From positions 3,998-67,997 of the forward strand of contig JAUYHA010000071.1 of the NCBI GenBank assembly GCA_030690265.1: a DNA stretch of 64,000 nt. Reading direction: 5' to 3'. This document shows positions 59,740 to 64,000 of the stretch, piece by piece; the stretch's first letter is position 1, and each line of letters opens with the position of its first letter. The position numbers and the translations under genes were made by a program. Below the pieces are notes generated by a model that did no database searches, had not been told where the DNA came from, and saw nothing but the letters and a program-made list of their open reading frames with translations. This DNA is from Dehalococcoidales bacterium (GTDB taxonomy: Bacteria; Chloroflexota; Dehalococcoidia; Dehalococcoidales; UBA2162).

Positions 59740-59855
59740 CATTGCCAGCAGCCGGTATACTTCCTTTGCCAGCGTATTCAGAGGCGGATTGTGCAGTGGT
59801 GATAGGGATTAATAATAAAGGACGGACGACAGAAAATAAGGATGGGGGATAAGTT

Positions 59856-60023
59856 TTGAGAATTGCGGGGATAGCTTTTCATATTGTCGGCATTATTATG
59901 CTTCTTTTTGGAGCCACTCTTTTCGTAAGGCAGGGGAGTATATTGGCGATAATACCGATAGGGTCAGCGTTAGGACTGGTAGGTTCCCTTGTTTTTGATG
60001 TTCTGAGTTGCCGCAATGGGTAA
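59856..60023 (+). CDS. Small two-TM protein (55 aa)
   Basis: TTG start after GGGGGA; MRIAGIAFHIVGIIMLLFGATLFVRQGSILAIIPIGSALGLVGSLVFDVLSCRNG. Confidence 0.5.
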   Translation: MRIAGIAFHIVGIIMLLFGATLFVRQGSILAIIPIGSALGLVGSLVFDVLSCRNG

Positions 60024-60186
60024 TCATCGGGTGCAATATCTTGCGCAACTCTGAAAAGATTGGCATAATAAATATGGTGCCACCTGTCTGGTAATTTCCG
60101 CCCGTTCGGGTGGAGATGCAGCCTCGGTTAAAACAGGTGAAGGCACTCTCTAAAGATGCTGAAAGTCCGGTGAGGTTAAGCTCCTG

Positions 60187-60741
60187 TTGGGAATAGAGAG
60201 CTTTCTTAAAGAGAGGTTATTTCCAGTTTATAAAGCCTACTACGCTCTCTGGGTCTATTATTGGCCGCTGTGGAGGAGATACACCGGGCGGGGTATTCTC
60301 AGAAAGTGGCAGGAATATAACCTGGTAGAAGATGGGCAAACTTTTCTTGATTACGGCTGTGGCACCGGTGATTTCACCATCCCCGCTGCCAGGAAAGTGA
60401 GTGAGCAGGGGAAAGTATATGCTTTAGACTGTTTCCGCCCTCAGCTGGAAAGAGTGCTGGACAGGGCAGAAAAAGCCGGGCTGAACAATGTGGAGACGAT
60501 TCTTTCAACCCGGGAAACAGGATTGACCGATGAATCGATAGATGTAATCTGGATATGTGATGTGCTCCACGAAATCAGCCGGAGGCGGCCGGTACTGGAA
60601 GAGCTGCATAGAGTTTTGAAACAAGACGGTGTTCTGGTGATATATGACGGTATGAGAAAGAAGATTCTGGACTATACGGGTGGTTTGTTTTCTTTAACGG
60701 GGCGGAGTGGCAAATTCTTGAAATTTGTTAAAATAACTTAA
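60187..60741 (+). CDS. Class I SAM-dependent methyltransferase
   Basis: LDYGCGTG, VYALD, SIDVI, RVLK.DG. Confidence 0.88.
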   Translation: MGIESFLKERLFPVYKAYYALWVYYWPLWRRYTGRGILRKWQEYNLVEDGQTFLDYGCGTGDFTIPAARKVSEQGKVYALDCFRPQLERVLDRAEKAGLNNVETILSTRETGLTDESIDVIWICDVLHEISRRRPVLEELHRVLKQDGVLVIYDGMRKKILDYTGGLFSLTGRSGKFLKFVKIT

Positions 60742-60778
60742 CTTACTGCTTTCAAAAGCCGATAACCAGGGAGGATTC

Positions 60779-61453
60779 TTGGAGGTAGCACAAATAGAAA
60801 GGAGAAAAAGCCAAAGTAGCTGGTGTTCCTATCTGCTTATTATCGGCGTGGTGATTTTGTTTATTGTCCTCCCGATGGCTATGCTGGTCTACTTTAGAGA
60901 GGCGATACAAAAAGCTCAAAGTTATGGTTATCTAGGTGTTTTTATTGCCGGAGTCCTGGCTGGAATAACTGTCATTCCTTTTCCTACTTTCTGGCTGGTG
61001 TTCACTCTGGGTCATGTGTTGAACCCGCCAATTGTAGGTTTAATAGCCGGCCTGGGTGGAGCGCTGGGGGGGATAACAGTTTATCTGGTCGGGAGTGGGG
61101 TGGGAACTATACTCTCCAGACTTCAGGCAAAGGAAGAGGCTCTTCAACGCCGGCTCGGGCTGAGTGAGGATGTGAAATTGCCCCGTCTTCGTTCCTGGTG
61201 GGAAAGTAAGGCGATTTATAATCGCTTAACTAGCTGGGTAAGAGGGAAGGGAGGCGCTTGGGTTGTTTTTTTTGCTTCGGCATCGCCTATCAATCCCTTT
61301 TTTTATCCTGCTGGTCTGGCGGCCGGCTCACTGGGTATGGGGCTAGCCCGGTTTTTCTTCATTAGCTGGGCCGGGAAAACGGTAAAATTTTCAATTATCG
61401 CTTTTGTCGGCAAATTGGGACTGGGTTTTATATTAAGAGCTTTCGGACTTTGA
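60779..61453 (+). CDS. DedA/VTT-family membrane protein
   Basis: GYLGVF, IPFP, GGALG, GLAAG, FF..WAGK.VK. Confidence 0.8.
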   Translation: MEVAQIERRKSQSSWCSYLLIIGVVILFIVLPMAMLVYFREAIQKAQSYGYLGVFIAGVLAGITVIPFPTFWLVFTLGHVLNPPIVGLIAGLGGALGGITVYLVGSGVGTILSRLQAKEEALQRRLGLSEDVKLPRLRSWWESKAIYNRLTSWVRGKGGAWVVFFASASPINPFFYPAGLAAGSLGMGLARFFFISWAGKTVKFSIIAFVGKLGLGFILRAFGL

Positions 61454-62253
61454 AAATGGTGGAAACTATCTCAGCTTTAAGCACAGGTATCAGTCAACTG
61501 GCGGAACAACTTTTTGGTGATGACACAAAAGGAAGCTTAAGGTTTACCAGCCAGCTTTTGGCTATGTGTGCCAAGGCTCAAGATAAAGATTTTCTGCTCG
61601 TCCATAACCCGGGGGGATGGGGCACCACTCATCTGGAGAACCTTTTACAGTGGGAGAGGAGCATCGTGTCAGGGGCTGGTGCCACTCTGGACAGGCTGGG
61701 ATACACCTACTCGCTGATTCAGTATTTTCGTACGGGGAGCGGTTGGAGCGAGAGAATGGGGGATATTAAAGAGCAGTATCACTTCTTTGCTTCCAAAGCG
61801 AAGGTAATGGCGGCCGGGCTCAGCTTTATTACTCAGTATTATACTGACATCAAGGTGGTGCTGGTAGGAGCAAGCTTGGGGGCAGCTTTTACTAACGCCG
61901 TCTCGCAGCATGTTGCCGGCCTGGAGCGGGTTTTTAGCATAGAACTGGGCATACCTTTTCCGTATAAATCGCGGCGGGTCATTACTAAAAACACGCTGGT
62001 CGTGGATAGCAATGGTTTGATGCCAGATGCTTTGATGGAATGGAATGTTCCGGTCATAATCAAAGCCTATCTTGTTGCTCCCTTCCGCTGGACTAAGTAT
62101 CTACTGCAGGGGAAACGAATGAAATTTACCTATTGTACCAATATCCCTGGCCATGACTATAACTGGGATTACCCTGAAGTCCAGCAGCAAATTGAGACTT
62201 TTCTAAGCCTTAACTTTGGCAATACAAGTAATCTGGAGGTGGAAACACCGTGA
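61450..62253 (+). CDS. Hypothetical protein, alpha/beta-hydrolase-like
   Basis: [21 protein letters not shown]-terminal PGHDY. Confidence 0.6.
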   Translation: MKMVETISALSTGISQLAEQLFGDDTKGSLRFTSQLLAMCAKAQDKDFLLVHNPGGWGTTHLENLLQWERSIVSGAGATLDRLGYTYSLIQYFRTGSGWSERMGDIKEQYHFFASKAKVMAAGLSFITQYYTDIKVVLVGASLGAAFTNAVSQHVAGLERVFSIELGIPFPYKSRRVITKNTLVVDSNGLMPDALMEWNVPVIIKAYLVAPFRWTKYLLQGKRMKFTYCTNIPGHDYNWDYPEVQQQIETFLSLNFGNTSNLEVETP

Positions 62254-64000
62254 TGCAGGAGAAATTTACTGAACAGGCCCGGGAAGCACTGGCTCTATCT
62301 CAGGACCTGGTCCGTCAGTATCAGCATAACCAGTGGGATGTGGAGCATATCCTGCTGGCACTGCTCCAGCAGGAGAGGGGGCTGGTCGGCGAGATATTGC
62401 GTGACCTCGGTATTGATGTGGATAGAGTGAAACAGCAGGTAGAAGCTGTGCTGGAGATAATGCCGAAAGTCACTTACCAGACAGGACAGATTTACGCTAC
62501 GCCGCGCATCGCTCAGCTTTTTCAGACGGCAGAGTCAGAGGCGGAGCGGCTAAAGGACGAGTTTATCGGCACCGAGCACTTGCTAATCTCTATCACCAGA
62601 GACGAGAGGGGAGAGGCAGCCGGAATCCTGAAGAGATTTGGCGTTGACCAGGAGAAAGTATTTCAGGCTCTGCAAAAGCTTCGCGGCGGGCACCGGGTTA
62701 CCGATGCCAGGGCGGAGAGTAAATACCGCTCGCTACAGAAATACGGGCGTGACCTTACTGAACTTGCCCGTCAGGGTAAGCTTGACCCGGTTATCGGCCG
62801 GGAAGAGGAAATTAAACGGGTGATGCAGGTGCTTACCCGGCGGACCAAGAATAATCCGGTGATAATCGGTGAAGCCGGAGTGGGTAAAACTGCTATTGCC
62901 GAGGGGCTGGCTCAGAAGATTGCCGCTGATGATGTCCCTGATTCTTTGAAGGGACGCCGGGTGGTGGCACTGGATATGGGAGCTCTGGTGGCGGGAAGCA
63001 AATTCCGGGGCGAGTTTGAGGAGCGGCTTAAGGCGGTGATGGATGAAGTCCGCCAGTCAGAGGGTGAAGTGATACTATTTATTGACGAGATTCACACTGT
63101 GGTCGGGGCTGGTGCCGCCGAGGGAGCTATTGATGCCAGTAACATGCTCAAGCCGGCCTTGGCTCACGGTGAGCTACAGTGTGTGGGAGCGACCACTCTG
63201 GATGAATACCGCAAGTTTATTGAAAAGGATAAAGCCCTGGAGCGGCGCCTTCAGCCGGTGTTCCTCGGTGAACCTAGTGTTGAGGATACTATCGAGATGC
63301 TCCGCGGGTTGAGACCGAGATACGAAGCTCATCACAAGATTAAGATTAGCGATGAAGCTCTGGAGGCGGCAGCCCGGTTAAGCCAGCGCTATATTTCGGA
63401 CCGGCATCTTCCGGACAAGGCGATTGACCTCATTGATGAAGCGGCCAGCAAGCTGCGTATCGATACCGAGAGCGCCCCGCCGGAGGTCAAATCCCTGGAG
63501 CAACACCTGAAGCAGTTGACCAATGAGGAAGAGGCTGCCTCTCAGCGCCAGGAATACGAGCATGCTACTGAGCTTAAGTCAGAAAGACTGCGCCTGGAGA
63601 ACGAGTACAACCAGGCGAAAAACAAGTGGCTGGAGAAGGAGAAGATTGATGAGACGGTGGATGAAGAGATCATTGCCAGGTTAATCTCCAGCTGGACCGG
63701 TATTCCGGTATCCCAGATGCTTGAGGGTGAAGCCGAAAAGCTATTGCATATGGAAGACCGAATCCACGAGAGGCTGGTTAACCAGGAAGAAGCCGTTACG
63801 GCTGTTTCTGAAGCTATCCGCAGGAGCCGGGCCGGTCTCAAAGACCCGAATCGGCCCATCGGCAGTTTTATGTTCCTTGGTCCTACCGGAGTGGGTAAGA
63901 CCGAACTGGCCCGCACCCTGGCTCTCTTCCTCTTTGATGATGAGAACGCCATGGTGCGCCTGGATATGTCCGAGTACCAGGAGAGGCATACCGTCTCCCG
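62253..64000 (+). CDS. Clp ATPase (ClpC/ClpB family), truncated by window edge
   Basis: Manual translation MQEKFTEQA.., [38 protein letters not shown]; short middle domain suggests ClpC type. Confidence 0.95.
   Translation, partial: MQEKFTEQAREALALSQDLVRQYQHNQWDVEHILLALLQQERGLVGEILRDLGIDVDRVKQQVEAVLEIMPKVTYQTGQIYATPRIAQLFQTAESEAERLKDEFIGTEHLLISITRDERGEAAGILKRFGVDQEKVFQALQKLRGGHRVTDARAESKYRSLQKYGRDLTELARQGKLDPVIGREEEIKRVMQVLTRRTKNNPVIIGEAGVGKTAIAEGLAQKIAADDVPDSLKGRRVVALDMGALVAGSKFRGEFEERLKAVMDEVRQSEGEVILFIDEIHTVVGAGAAEGAIDASNMLKPALAHGELQCVGATTLDEYRKFIEKDKALERRLQPVFLGEPSVEDTIEMLRGLRPRYEAHHKIKISDEALEAAARLSQRYISDRHLPDKAIDLIDEAASKLRIDTESAPPEVKSLEQHLKQLTNEEEAASQRQEYEHATELKSERLRLENEYNQAKNKWLEKEKIDETVDEEIIARLISSWTGIPVSQMLEGEAEKLLHMEDRIHERLVNQEEAVTAVSEAIRRSRAGLKDPNRPIGSFMFLGPTGVGKTELARTLALFLFDDENAMVRLDMSEYQERHTVS

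Overview
Anaerobic bacterial chromosome segment, most likely Dehalococcoidia (Chloroflexota); the taxonomy is inferred from gene content, not from a database search. It is mostly housekeeping: tyrS, ribF, pckA-like, mtaB, fabF, recJ, lgt, yajC, miaB, tRNA-Ser(GCT), birA, nfeD/SPFH, rimI, an NrpR-nadE-split glutamate synthase-hisF/hisH operon, hisZ-G-D-C-B, purC, glyQS, dCMP deaminase/dUTPase, an HdrD/FadF-like oxidoreductase, clpC/B and two two-component loci. The striking layer is intergenic. About 16 loci (roughly 3 kb by manual tally) carry palindromic repeats nested in each other: C/G-rich hairpin elements contain TIR-bounded MITE-like shells, which contain GTCA..TGAC palindromes, which contain 25-28 nt micro-modules that also insert into one another. 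Filled and empty versions of the same sites are visible in the window. The same elements sit at junctions where orphan genes have entered housekeeping operons. One case has an exact 17-bp duplication around a two-gene cassette, and another accompanies a 34-bp duplication of the tyrS 3' end. No transposase, integrase or CRISPR array was recognised.
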